Shown piece after piece: positions 26,264 through 35,010 of a DNA stretch of 59,271 nt. The notes below the pieces were generated by a model. That model did not search any database and was not told the DNA's origin. It saw only the letters and a list, made by a program, of their open reading frames with translations. Origin of the DNA: Gemmatimonadales bacterium (GTDB lineage Bacteria; Gemmatimonadota; Gemmatimonadetes; Gemmatimonadales; GWC2-71-9); contig DASZCG010000345.1 of assembly GCA_035943355.1 (NCBI GenBank), positions 1 to 59,271 on the forward strand, in the 5' to 3' direction. A program made the position numbers and the translations under genes. How positions within the stretch are numbered: the first letter of the stretch is position 1; each line of letters starts with the position of its first letter.

Positions 26264-27670
26264 ATGAGCCAGACCCGACTGGAACGCGACCCCCTGGGAG
26301 ATCTGCCGGTTCCGGCGGACGCGCTGTGGGGCATTCAAACCGAGCGCGCCCGCCAGAATTTTCCCATTTCCAATCTGCGACCCCTCCCCGCGTTCGTCGA
26401 CGCCTGTATCTGGATCAAGAAGGCCGCCGCGCTGACGCACCGCGAAACGGGGAGACTCGACCAGCAGCGTGCCGATGCCATCATCCGCGCGGCCGACGAG
26501 GTCCTCGCCGGGGGGCATCGCGATCAGTTCGTGGTCGATCCCTATCAGGCCGGGGCCGGCACGTCGCACAACATGAACTGCAACGAGGTGCTCGCGAACC
26601 GCGCCAATGAGCTGCTGGGCGGGAAGCGGGGCGAGTACAAACCGGTGCATCCCAACGATCACGTCAACATGGCTCAGTCCACCAATGACGTGATTCCCAC
26701 CGCGATCCGGCTCGGCGCCTTGGCGCTGCTGCCCGCGCTGACGGAGTCGCTCACGCGTTTGGCCCACGCGTTCCTGGCCAAAGGCAAAGCGTTCGACCGC
26801 ATCGTCAAGTCCGGCCGGACCCACCTTCAGGACGCGACGCCGGTGCGCCTCGGCCAGGAGTTCACGGCGTACGGCCACACCGTCGAGCGCAATAGCGCCC
26901 GCATCACGCGCGCGGCGGACGATCTGCGCGACCTCGGCATCGGCGGCACGGCGGTCGGCACCGGGCTCAACGCCGAGCCCGAGTACCCCGCGTTGATGGT
27001 CAAGCACCTTCAGGCGATGACCAAACAGCAGCTCCGCGCCGGTCAGGATCGCGTGCAGCTGATGCAGTCGATGGGCGACGCTGCAGCGTTCTCGGGCGCC
27101 GTGCGGACGTACGCCGCCGATCTCGGCAAGATCGCCAGCGATCTCCGCCTCATGGTGTCGGGGCCGCGCACCGGGTTCGCGGAGATCGTGTTGCCCGCGG
27201 TGCAGCCAGGATCGAGCATCATGCCGGGCAAGGTGAATCCGTCAATTCCGGAGATGGTCAATCAGGTCTGCTTTCAAGCCCTCGGCAACGACGTCACGGT
27301 GACGACAGCGGCCGAAGCGGGACAACTCGAGCTGAACGTGATGATGCCCGTCATCGCCCACAACCTGTTCTTCTCCGTGATGATTCTCACGAATGCGACT
27401 CGCGTGCTGGCGGAGCGGTGCGTGGAGGGCATCGAGGCCGACGCGGCGCAATGCGCGTATTGGCTCGAGCGGAGCCCGGCACTCGTGACCGCGCTCGCGC
27501 CGAAGATCGGCTATGCGGAGGCCGCCAAGCTGGCCAAGGAAGCCGTCGCCAAGAACGTCACCGTGCGGCAGCTCGTGATGGAGAAGGGCCTGTTGAAAGG
27601 CAAGGAGCTGGATGAAGTACTCGATCTCCGGGCAATGACCGAGCTGGGTGTCCCGGGAGAGCGGAAGTAG
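26264..27670 (+). CDS. aspA: Aspartate ammonia-lyase (class II fumarase/aspartase family)
   Basis: Start at MSQTRLERDPLG. Contains QAGAGTSHNMNCNEV, QSTNDVIPTA and GSSIMPGKVNP. The GAGTS and QSTND variants favour aspartase over FumC. Confidence 0.8.
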   Translation: MSQTRLERDPLGDLPVPADALWGIQTERARQNFPISNLRPLPAFVDACIWIKKAAALTHRETGRLDQQRADAIIRAADEVLAGGHRDQFVVDPYQAGAGTSHNMNCNEVLANRANELLGGKRGEYKPVHPNDHVNMAQSTNDVIPTAIRLGALALLPALTESLTRLAHAFLAKGKAFDRIVKSGRTHLQDATPVRLGQEFTAYGHTVERNSARITRAADDLRDLGIGGTAVGTGLNAEPEYPALMVKHLQAMTKQQLRAGQDRVQLMQSMGDAAAFSGAVRTYAADLGKIASDLRLMVSGPRTGFAEIVLPAVQPGSSIMPGKVNPSIPEMVNQVCFQALGNDVTVTTAAEAGQLELNVMMPVIAHNLFFSVMILTNATRVLAERCVEGIEADAAQCAYWLERSPALVTALAPKIGYAEAAKLAKEAVAKNVTVRQLVMEKGLLKGKELDEVLDLRAMTELGVPGERK

Positions 27671-27699
27671 CCCACACCTCGAGAGGAGGAAGCGCGCGC

Positions 27700-28116
27700 A
27701 TGAACTGGATTATTGCCGGGCTGATCGCGGGCGTCGTGGCGTACCTCGTCGATTATGTGATGTGGGGAAAAGTCTTCACCAAAGGAATGGAAGGATTCGC
27801 TGAGCAGCTGACGCCGGAGCAGATGAAAGCGTTCATGGGCCCTGCGATGGCGAAGTCCGCCGTGTTGGCGCTCGCGTTCGGTGTGCTGTTCGCCTGGTTC
27901 TATGGCCAGTTCCGCCCCTGTCTCTGGGCGCAACCCGGCGGACCACTCGCGGGCATGGAGTTCGCCACGGTGTTGTGGCTGCCGACCATTTTTCTGTCGA
28001 CGATGGGCGGCAGTGTGTGGTGGACTCGCCTGCGCCCGCTGCATCGCGCCACGGCGTGGTCATGGCTGATTCGCATGAATGCGGCGGGTGTGGCGGTGGG
28101 CCTGCTCATGAAGTGA
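27700..28116 (+). CDS. Small membrane protein (DUF1761-like)
   Basis: 138-aa ORF with a GAGGAGGA SD and four hydrophobic segments. Confidence 0.6.
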   Translation: MNWIIAGLIAGVVAYLVDYVMWGKVFTKGMEGFAEQLTPEQMKAFMGPAMAKSAVLALAFGVLFAWFYGQFRPCLWAQPGGPLAGMEFATVLWLPTIFLSTMGGSVWWTRLRPLHRATAWSWLIRMNAAGVAVGLLMK

Positions 28117-28161
28117 CAACAGTCACGGCGGGCGCAGGCGCGATGAGATTACAGATCTCGC

Positions 28162-29172
28162 ATGCGAATTCTGTCGATCCTTCTCATCGCGCTCGCCGCC
28201 GCCCCTCCCGGCAGCGTCGCCGCACAGCGGCGCGCGCGCCTTGGTCCCACTGTCTCATCGATCTCGCTCGAAGACGCATCAGGCAAACACTCCTATAGCT
28301 CGTTCGGCGGCAGCCTCGCGCTGCTGTCAGGCGATGACGGCGAGGTTGGCGTGGGGGTATCGCACTACGACAACCTCTCGAGCAACACCTGCGTCCGCCA
28401 AATGACGTTTGCCGGCGTCGAGTCCAACTACTACCCGGTCGGCTCGAAAGGCCTCGCGCCTTACGCCTCCAGCGCGCTAGGTCTCGCGCGCGTGACGGAC
28501 CAGGACGTGGACTTGCTCGGCATCTGCACGGCCGCGACTCCCAAGAACGAGATCGGCATCGGGTTCGGACTGGGTGTGCGTGTGAACGTCGGTGCGCAGG
28601 CGGTCGCGCTCGTCGAGGGCCGATTCTTCCAGGTGCCGAACAGCGCGATCCAGTCGCTCGAAGTCCGGGCCAACCTGTCCCTGGCATTCGGCAGCCCGCG
28701 TAAGACCGACCTGCTCAATGGCACGTTGGGGCCGACCGTCAGCATCCTGCCGCGCCTGAGTGGACCGATGGAAGGACGCGCGCCGGCGGTGGGCGTGAGG
28801 TTCCGGCGCAATACCAAGAAGAGCGGCGTCTTGGGCCTCCAGATCGATTATGCGCCGCTCCGCGTGATTGACTGCTCCAGCGACTGCGAGCCGAACGCGA
28901 TCCTGTTTGCGCCGGGGTACGAGCCGTCCTTGCACACCGCCTGGGGCCGCATGTATGTCAACCTGGGATTGCTGCTCGCCGGCTTCCCCTCAACCGGTCC
29001 CGATCGCGGCATGGCGGAGGGCGCTCACGGCGGACTCGGTGCGGACATTTTTAGCGGCTCGTCGATCATGTGGAACGTGAACGGGCGTGCGCTGTGGATG
29101 CAGCGGAACACGGGAGAGAACGTGTTCCTCTTGCAGGTGGGACTGAGCGCCAGCCCACAGTTGCGCCGCTAG
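28162..29172 (+). CDS. Secreted hypothetical protein, possibly an outer-membrane beta-barrel
   Basis: 336-aa ORF. Signal peptide MRILSILLIALAAAPPGSVAAQ; alternating Gly/aromatic-rich strand-like segments. Confidence 0.55.
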   Translation: MRILSILLIALAAAPPGSVAAQRRARLGPTVSSISLEDASGKHSYSSFGGSLALLSGDDGEVGVGVSHYDNLSSNTCVRQMTFAGVESNYYPVGSKGLAPYASSALGLARVTDQDVDLLGICTAATPKNEIGIGFGLGVRVNVGAQAVALVEGRFFQVPNSAIQSLEVRANLSLAFGSPRKTDLLNGTLGPTVSILPRLSGPMEGRAPAVGVRFRRNTKKSGVLGLQIDYAPLRVIDCSSDCEPNAILFAPGYEPSLHTAWGRMYVNLGLLLAGFPSTGPDRGMAEGAHGGLGADIFSGSSIMWNVNGRALWMQRNTGENVFLLQVGLSASPQLRR

Positions 29173-29175
29173 CCA

Positions 29176-29204
29176 TTGAATCCCGATAACGGCTCTCGCA
29201 TATT
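29176..29204 (+). promoter_or_regulatory. Sigma70-like promoter TTGAAT-N17-CATATT, -10 ends 6 nt before ATG 29211 (leaderless-type)
   Basis: Hexamers and 17-nt spacer read directly. There is no SD between the -10 and the ATG. Confidence 0.4.
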
Positions 29205-29210
29205 CCCCCC

Positions 29211-29663
29211 ATGCGTGTTACCACCTGGGCGGAATACGGATTAATCGTCTCCAGCCATCTCGCCAAGCGCGCGGGGCAGGGACCGGTCGCTGCCCGTGAG
29301 CTCTCCGAGCAGGAGCGCCTCCCCCACGATTATGTCGAGCAGATTCTGCTGCGCCTGCGGCGCGCCGGTCTGGTCGATTCCGTCCGTGGCGCGCGTGGCG
29401 GCTACCTGCTGGCCCGCGCGCCGCAGGCCATCAGCGTCAAGGACGTCATCGAGGCGTCGGAGCACGTGACCTTCGAAGTGAACTGCGACCTGCACCGGGT
29501 CGACGCTGAGCGCTGCGATCCCGCGACGGCGTGCAGCATTCGCCCCGTGTGGCGCCTGCTGGAGCGGCGCATCAACGAGGTGCTCGCCGGCATCACGCTC
29601 GCCGATCTGCAGCTTGCCGAGCCGCAGGTGTACCAAATCGCCGGGGTTGGCTCAGGGAACTGA
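29211..29663 (+). CDS. Rrf2-family transcriptional regulator (IscR/CymR-like, three Cys)
   Basis: 150-aa ORF. wHTH segment ELSEQERLPHDYVEQILLRLRRAGLVDSVRGARGGYLLA; Cys cluster C-x10-C-x5-C. Confidence 0.88.
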   Translation: MRVTTWAEYGLIVSSHLAKRAGQGPVAARELSEQERLPHDYVEQILLRLRRAGLVDSVRGARGGYLLARAPQAISVKDVIEASEHVTFEVNCDLHRVDAERCDPATACSIRPVWRLLERRINEVLAGITLADLQLAEPQVYQIAGVGSGN

Positions 29664-29665
29664 CG

Positions 29666-30802
29666 ATGCTGGCCCACGAGGAGCTGCTGCGGTACTCGCG
29701 GCACCTCACACTCCCCCAGGTAGGTCTCGCAGGCCAATCGAAGCTGCGCTCGGCGCGCGTTCTGCTCATCGGTGCGGGAGGTCTCGGATCACCCGCGGGA
29801 TTGTACCTCGCCGCAGCAGGCGTCGGCACCCTCGGCATCGTCGATTTCGACATCGTCGACCGCAGTAACCTGCAGCGCCAGATTCTGCACGGCACCTCGG
29901 GCATCGGAACCGCGAAAACCGAGTCCGCGCGCGAGCGGCTGCGCGACGTCAATCCGCATGTGGTAGTCGAGCCCTTCTCCGAACGGCTCACATCGGCGAA
30001 CGCGCTCGACGTGATCCGCCGCTTCGACATTGTCGTCGACGGGTCGGACAACTTCCCCACACGCTATCTGGTCAACGATGCCTGCGTACTGCTTGGCAAG
30101 CCCGACGTGTTCGGGTCGGTGTTTCAGTTCGACGGGCAGGTTGCGGTTTTCGACGCGCGGCGCGGTCCGTGCTATCGCTGCCTGTTCGCCGACCCGCCCC
30201 CTCCCGATCTCGTTCCGTCGTGCGCTGAAGGCGGCGTGCTCGGCGTCTTGCCCGGCATCATCGGATCGCTGCAGGCACTCGAAGCGATCAAGCTGATCGT
30301 CGGCTTCGGTGAGTCGCTGATCGGCCGGCTGCTGCTGTTCGACGGGCGTCGCATGCAGTTCCGCGAGCTCGTGCTCGCGAAGGATCGCGACTGTCCGGTG
30401 TGTGGGGAGAATCCGACGGTCACGACGCTGATCGACTATGAAGCGTTCTGCGGGATGCGGGATACGGAAAGCGGGATCCGTAATGGTGGTGAGATCAGTC
30501 CCCAGGAGCTATACCGCGAACGCGGGCGGAAGCCGAATCTGATGCTGCTCGATGTGCGGGAGCCACGCGAGGCGGACATCGCGCGCATCGATGGCGCTCG
30601 CTACATCCCGCTGCGCGAATTGCCGGGACGCCTCTCCGAGCTCCCCGGGCACGGGGAGATCGTCACCGTCTGTCATCACGGCCAGCGCTCGCAGAAGGCT
30701 CGTGAGATTCTCAGCGGCGCTGGGTTTGAGAAGGTGAGAAGCTTGGCTGGTGGGATCGACGCTTGGTCTCGGGAGATCGACGCCAAAGTTCCGAGGTACT
30801 AG
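29666..30802 (+). CDS. moeZ: ThiF/MoeB-type adenylyltransferase fused to a C-terminal rhodanese domain (MoeZ-like sulfur-carrier activating enzyme)
   Basis: Starts at MLAHEELLRYSRHL. Contains LIGAGGLGSP, CYRC...CPVC zinc motifs and the rhodanese loop CHHGQRS. Confidence 0.88.
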   Translation: MLAHEELLRYSRHLTLPQVGLAGQSKLRSARVLLIGAGGLGSPAGLYLAAAGVGTLGIVDFDIVDRSNLQRQILHGTSGIGTAKTESARERLRDVNPHVVVEPFSERLTSANALDVIRRFDIVVDGSDNFPTRYLVNDACVLLGKPDVFGSVFQFDGQVAVFDARRGPCYRCLFADPPPPDLVPSCAEGGVLGVLPGIIGSLQALEAIKLIVGFGESLIGRLLLFDGRRMQFRELVLAKDRDCPVCGENPTVTTLIDYEAFCGMRDTESGIRNGGEISPQELYRERGRKPNLMLLDVREPREADIARIDGARYIPLRELPGRLSELPGHGEIVTVCHHGQRSQKAREILSGAGFEKVRSLAGGIDAWSREIDAKVPRY

Positions 30803-30886
30803 TGCCGAAGGGGGGACTCGAACCCCCACGGGCTTGCGCCCACTGGCTCCTGAAGCCAGCGCGTCTACCAGTTCCACCACTTCGGC
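30803..30886 (-). tRNA. tRNA-Leu (anticodon CAG)
   Basis: Reverse complement is GCCGAAGTGGTGGAACTGGTAGACGCGCTGGCTTCAGGAGCCAGTGGGCGCAAGCCCGTGGGGGTTCGAGTCCCCCCTTCGGCA. It has a 7-bp acceptor stem, loop TTCAGGA, a long variable arm and a GTTCGAGTC T-loop. No CCA is encoded. Confidence 0.93.
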
Positions 30887-30906
30887 GTCGATTTTTGAGG
30901 AACGGC

Positions 30907-30936
30907 AATCTAGATCGTTGTATAAGCCCAAGTCAA
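30907..30936 (-). promoter_or_regulatory. Sigma70-like promoter TTGACT-N18-TAGATT for tRNA-Leu
   Basis: Read on the minus strand. The -10 ends 20 nt before the tRNA 5' end. Confidence 0.35.
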
Positions 30937-30946
30937 TGCGTATCTT
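30918..30946 (+). promoter_or_regulatory. Sigma70-like promoter TTGTAT-N17-TATCTT for smpB
   Basis: The -10 ends 11 nt before GTG 30958. It interdigitates with the tRNA promoter. Confidence 0.3.
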
Positions 30947-30957
30947 GCCCCAATACT

Positions 30958-31413
30958 GTGGAAAAAATCTCGATCGCCAGGAATCCGCGGGCGCGGCACG
31001 ACTACCATCTCCTGGAAACGTGGGAGGCGGGACTCGTGCTGACAGGAACGGAAGTGAAGTCGCTGCGCGACCGCAAAGCCAGTCTCAACGAAGCCTATGC
31101 GCACGTGCGGAACGGCGAGGTCTGGCTGGAGGGCATGACCATCTCGCACTACGGACCGGGCAGCTACAACAATCCACCGCCGGCGCGGTCCCGGAAGTTG
31201 CTGCTTCACAAGCGCGAGATCCGCAAACTGTTGGGCGCGACTACCCAGAAAGGCCTCACCGTCGTACCGCTGGAGATCTACTTCAAGGACGGGCTCGCCA
31301 AGGTTGCCATCGCGCTCGCCAAAGCGAAGAAGGCGCACGACAAGCGGGAAGATCTGAAGCGCCGCGTGGCCGAGCGGGAGATGGCACGCGTTGTGAAGGG
31401 GAGACGGGCGTGA
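30958..31413 (+). CDS. smpB: SsrA-binding protein
   Basis: GTG start in the frame of ORF 30763... Contains NPRARHDYHLLETWEAGLVLTGTEVKSLR and KAHDKREDLKRR. Confidence 0.92.
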   Translation: MEKISIARNPRARHDYHLLETWEAGLVLTGTEVKSLRDRKASLNEAYAHVRNGEVWLEGMTISHYGPGSYNNPPPARSRKLLLHKREIRKLLGATTQKGLTVVPLEIYFKDGLAKVAIALAKAKKAHDKREDLKRRVAEREMARVVKGRRA

Positions 31414-32663
31414 ACGTCTTCCTTCTTATTGCTCTGCTGCTGCCGCAACAGGTCCTGATCGCGACGCCTCGCGGTCAGGCCAGCATACCCGTGACGAACG
31501 AGCGGGGTAGTGCCGCCGTCGCCGCCGTGCTGCTGTCGCAGCCGCTCGGCCTGGCCATATCGCTGGATGGCTCCACGATCCGCGCGACCTTGGGGGCGGG
31601 CGACAGCTCGTTCGAGTTCGATCTCGGCTCGCCCTTCGTTCGCTACGTCGGCACCGCATACCCGATGGTTGGCGCTCCGTACGTGGCGCGCGACACGCTG
31701 TTCCTGCCGCTGCATTGGCTGGTCGATTACGTGCCACACCTGCTCGCCGGACGCTACCGCTGGAATCCCTGGCTCGGGCGGCTGGATGAGTTGATCGGCA
31801 CGACACCGGCGCACGTCGTCGCGGGCCCCCCCCCTTCGACCCCCGCAGCCCCCGCGGTCGCCGCACCGGCGATTGCGTCACTGGGCGTGCCGGGTGGGAG
31901 CGCCCCCGCTGCTCCGAATCCCGTCACGGGCCTGCGGTTGCCGCACACGATCGTCGTCGATCCGGGGCACGGCGGCGTCGATCCCGGCAACCCGGGCATG
32001 TATTTCCCGCACGGCCTCACGGAAAAGGACATCACGCTCGGCGTTGGGCGACTGCTCAGGGCCGAGCTGCTGCGGCGCGGTCTGAACGTCGTGCTGACGC
32101 GCGCGACCGATACGCTGATCGATCTCGCCAATCGTCCGCTCTTCTGTCGTACCGACTGCGATCTCTTCGTGAGCATTCACGTGAATGCGATGCCGGCCGG
32201 CAAACGCCAAACCCAGGTGAACGGGGTGGAGACGTACTTCCTGTCGGACGCCAAGACCGAAGATCAGAAGCGCGTGGCGCAGATGGAAAACGACGCCCTC
32301 CGGTTCGAGACGACGGCGACCATGGAGGGGCCGCTCGCCTATATCCTGCGTGATCTCCAGTTGAACGAGTATCTGCGCGAATCTGCTCGGCTCGCGGAGC
32401 TCGTGCAGGGGAAGGTCTCCGGGATTCATCCCGGCGAGGATCGGGGCGTGCAGCAGGGCCCGTTCATGGTTCTCGCGGCGGCGCGCCGGCCGGCGATTCT
32501 CGTCGAGACCGGCTTCGCGACGAATCGCGACGACGGGGCGTTCCTCGCGTCGGCGTCGGGGCAGCACAAGATCGCGACCGCGATCGCCGACGGCATCGTC
32601 ACCTACCTCCTCGAGTTCGAACGCAAGCTCGCCGTGGGCAACGGCGGCGGACAGGCCCGATGA
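31410..32663 (+). CDS. N-acetylmuramoyl-L-alanine amidase (Amidase_3, AmiC-like) with an N-terminal extra domain
   Basis: GTGA junction with smpB. Contains TIVVDPGHGGVDPG, SIHVNA and ILVETGFATN. Confidence 0.85.
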   Translation: MNVFLLIALLLPQQVLIATPRGQASIPVTNERGSAAVAAVLLSQPLGLAISLDGSTIRATLGAGDSSFEFDLGSPFVRYVGTAYPMVGAPYVARDTLFLPLHWLVDYVPHLLAGRYRWNPWLGRLDELIGTTPAHVVAGPPPSTPAAPAVAAPAIASLGVPGGSAPAAPNPVTGLRLPHTIVVDPGHGGVDPGNPGMYFPHGLTEKDITLGVGRLLRAELLRRGLNVVLTRATDTLIDLANRPLFCRTDCDLFVSIHVNAMPAGKRQTQVNGVETYFLSDAKTEDQKRVAQMENDALRFETTATMEGPLAYILRDLQLNEYLRESARLAELVQGKVSGIHPGEDRGVQQGPFMVLAAARRPAILVETGFATNRDDGAFLASASGQHKIATAIADGIVTYLLEFERKLAVGNGGGQAR

Positions 32664-34174
32664 TCCCCCGGCGCGGGCTCCTTGCGGTGGCTGCTCTGCT
32701 CGCGGTGTGCGGAGTCGCGGGCTGCGCCTACTACAACGCGATGTGGTCAGCCGAGCAGTACGCGAAGGGCGCGCGGAAGGCGGAGGCGCAAGGTCAGGAA
32801 TCGGAAGCCCGCTCACAGTGGGCCCAGGCCGCGGCCAAGGCGGAAGCCGTTGTCATCAAGCACCCTAAGAGTCGCTGGGTGGACGATGCGTTGGTGTTGG
32901 AGGCGGAGGGACTGGCGCGGTCGGGCTCGTGTGCCGACGCGATAGATGTCATCGCGCGAGCCCGCCCGGTGGCGAAGGACGTGGCGTTGCGCGAACGGCT
33001 CGCTCTCGCCGATGCGCAATGCGCGCTGGCGGCCGGTCGTCCGGTCCAGGCGCACGCGGCTCTCGACGAGGTCCTGAAGTCCAGGGATCGGGCGCGCCGG
33101 TCCCGGGCCGCATACTTCGCGGGTCAGGCCGCTGTGCTGCGGCTGGACTACGGCGCCGCGGTGGAGCATTTGCAACGCTCGCATGAACCCGCCGCGCGCC
33201 CGGTGCTCGCGCACGCGCTGCTCGCGACCGGTCGCGCCGCTGAAGCGGCGGCGGTGGTCGATACGATCGGCGGTGATCCGACCTTCGAGGTGGAGCGAGC
33301 CGATCTGCTCGCCCAGCTCGCGGCCGTCGGCGGTCCGGCAATGGCATCCGCGACGCTCGACCGGTTACTCACGCACGCGCGCATTCCATTTGCCGAGCAG
33401 GGGCGATTGCTCATTGCCGATGGTGACCGGCGCGCTGCCCAGGGTGACTACCAGCCCGCGGACGCGCGCTATCGCCGCGCCATTGCGGTTACGGACCCCG
33501 TATCAAGCGAAGCCGGCGTGGCCCGAGTACGAGTACAGCGCCTGCTCGTCGTGCAGGCGACTCAGCGCAGTGACCTCACGCCGGTGATTGCGGAGCTCAC
33601 AGATCTCGCGCGGGTGGAGACGGGGACTACCGACGCCAAGCATCTGCTCGATCTCGTGAATCAAACAACCACAGCTCCTCCGAGCGCGGGAGCGCGTTTT
33701 CGCATCGCCGAAATCGCGCGGGATTCGCTCGGCGCGCCGGCGCTGGCCGGTCAGCTGTTTCTCGATGTGGCGGCGAGCGATACCGGGTCCTTATACGCGG
33801 CCAAAGCGCTCGTGGCCGCCATCCCGCTGCTCCCGGATCGTCACGACTCTATCGCCACGGTTCTCGACACGCGCTATGCCGCGTCCCCTTACACGCGGGC
33901 GTATCACGGTGAGCCCAGCGTCACGTATGCCGCGGCCGAAGACTCGCTCGCCCGCGAGTTAGGCGTGGCCATGGCGAGCGCCACGACGGTGAGGTCTTCC
34001 GGAGCGCGCTTCGCGATTCCCGTTCCCGGCACGCGCGGCCCGCGGCTCGACGAACCGGCGGTCCAACCAGCGGCACATGCGGCGCGCCCGCCCGGTACGC
34101 CTCCCCGTCCTGGCGCTCGCCCCACGCCTGCGAACACCCAACGCGACCGGCCAGCAGCGCCGGAGCGCCCGTGA
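32660..34174 (+). CDS. Ala-rich helical-repeat (TPR-like) lipoprotein with a Pro/Arg-rich tail
   Basis: 504-aa ORF. Lipobox LLAVCGVAGC; ATGA junction with the amidase gene. Confidence 0.6.
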   Translation: MIPRRGLLAVAALLAVCGVAGCAYYNAMWSAEQYAKGARKAEAQGQESEARSQWAQAAAKAEAVVIKHPKSRWVDDALVLEAEGLARSGSCADAIDVIARARPVAKDVALRERLALADAQCALAAGRPVQAHAALDEVLKSRDRARRSRAAYFAGQAAVLRLDYGAAVEHLQRSHEPAARPVLAHALLATGRAAEAAAVVDTIGGDPTFEVERADLLAQLAAVGGPAMASATLDRLLTHARIPFAEQGRLLIADGDRRAAQGDYQPADARYRRAIAVTDPVSSEAGVARVRVQRLLVVQATQRSDLTPVIAELTDLARVETGTTDAKHLLDLVNQTTTAPPSAGARFRIAEIARDSLGAPALAGQLFLDVAASDTGSLYAAKALVAAIPLLPDRHDSIATVLDTRYAASPYTRAYHGEPSVTYAAAEDSLARELGVAMASATTVRSSGARFAIPVPGTRGPRLDEPAVQPAAHAARPPGTPPRPGARPTPANTQRDRPAAPERP

Positions 34175-35010
34175 GCGCGGTCGAACTTTTCGGAACCACC
34201 TTCCAAAATCCGATTCTTCTCGCCGCTGGAACCGCCGGCTTTGGGCGGGAGCTGGACGATGTCATAGATCTCGATTTGCTGGGTGGCATCGTCACGAAGG
34301 CGGTGACCCCGGAGCCGCGCCAGGGTCATCCCGCATTGCGCGTCGCCGAATTCCGCGGCGGGATGTTGAATGCGGTGGGGCTCGCGAATCCCGGCGTCGA
34401 GGCGGTCGCGGAGCGCGAGCTGCCATGGCTCGCCCAGCGGTTGCGGCGCGCGCGGATCATCGTGAATGTCGCCGGAGCCACCATTGACGACTACATCCGG
34501 GTGATCGACCGGCTCACCCCCCTCGAGGCAATCACCGCTTTCGAGATCAACGCTTCCTGTCCCAACACCAATGCCGGTGGCCTCGAATTCGGCTCCGAGC
34601 CGGTCGGACTGGCCGAGCTGGTGCGCTCCTGTCGCCGCGTCTCGACCCGGCCACTCACCGTCAAGCTGTCGCCGGTGCTTCCCGATATTCCCGCGATGGC
34701 GCGCGTGGCCCAGGAGGAAGGCGCCGCAGCGGTCACACTCGTCAACACGATGCCCGGATTGCTCGACCGGCGGTTGGGAAACGGCAGCGGGGGGTTGAGC
34801 GGTCCCGCGCTGCTGCCCATCGGTGTGCTGGCGACGCGCCGGGTGCGCGAGCGTGTGGGCATGCCGGTCATTGGCGTTGGCGGAGTACGGACTGCAGCGG
34901 ATGCGCGCGAGTACCTCGCGGCCGGCGCGTCGCTCGTCGCCATCGGCACGGCAGCACTGGCCGATCCACGTGTGCCGGTACGCATTGCGCGGGAGCTATC
35001 CCATGCCTGA
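34171..35010 (+). CDS. pyrD: Dihydroorotate dehydrogenase, class 1
   Basis: 279-aa ORF. Contains NPILLAAGT, MLNAVGLANPG, EINASCPN and IGVGGV. Confidence 0.9.
   Translation: MSAVELFGTTFQNPILLAAGTAGFGRELDDVIDLDLLGGIVTKAVTPEPRQGHPALRVAEFRGGMLNAVGLANPGVEAVAERELPWLAQRLRRARIIVNVAGATIDDYIRVIDRLTPLEAITAFEINASCPNTNAGGLEFGSEPVGLAELVRSCRRVSTRPLTVKLSPVLPDIPAMARVAQEEGAAAVTLVNTMPGLLDRRLGNGSGGLSGPALLPIGVLATRRVRERVGMPVIGVGGVRTAADAREYLAAGASLVAIGTAALADPRVPVRIARELSHA

Noticed and set aside
30803-30886. Whether the long-variable-arm tRNA is tRNA-Sec, which would support the selenoprotein call
   Set aside because: The anticodon loop reads TT-CAG-GA, so it is Leu rather than UCA. The acceptor stem is a normal 7 bp and the sequence closely resembles E. 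coli tRNA-Leu(CAG).
30750-32663. 637-aa plus-strand ORF
   Set aside because: Only the part from GTG 31410 (the amidase) makes sense. The first 220 codons run across the tRNA-Leu gene and out of frame through smpB.
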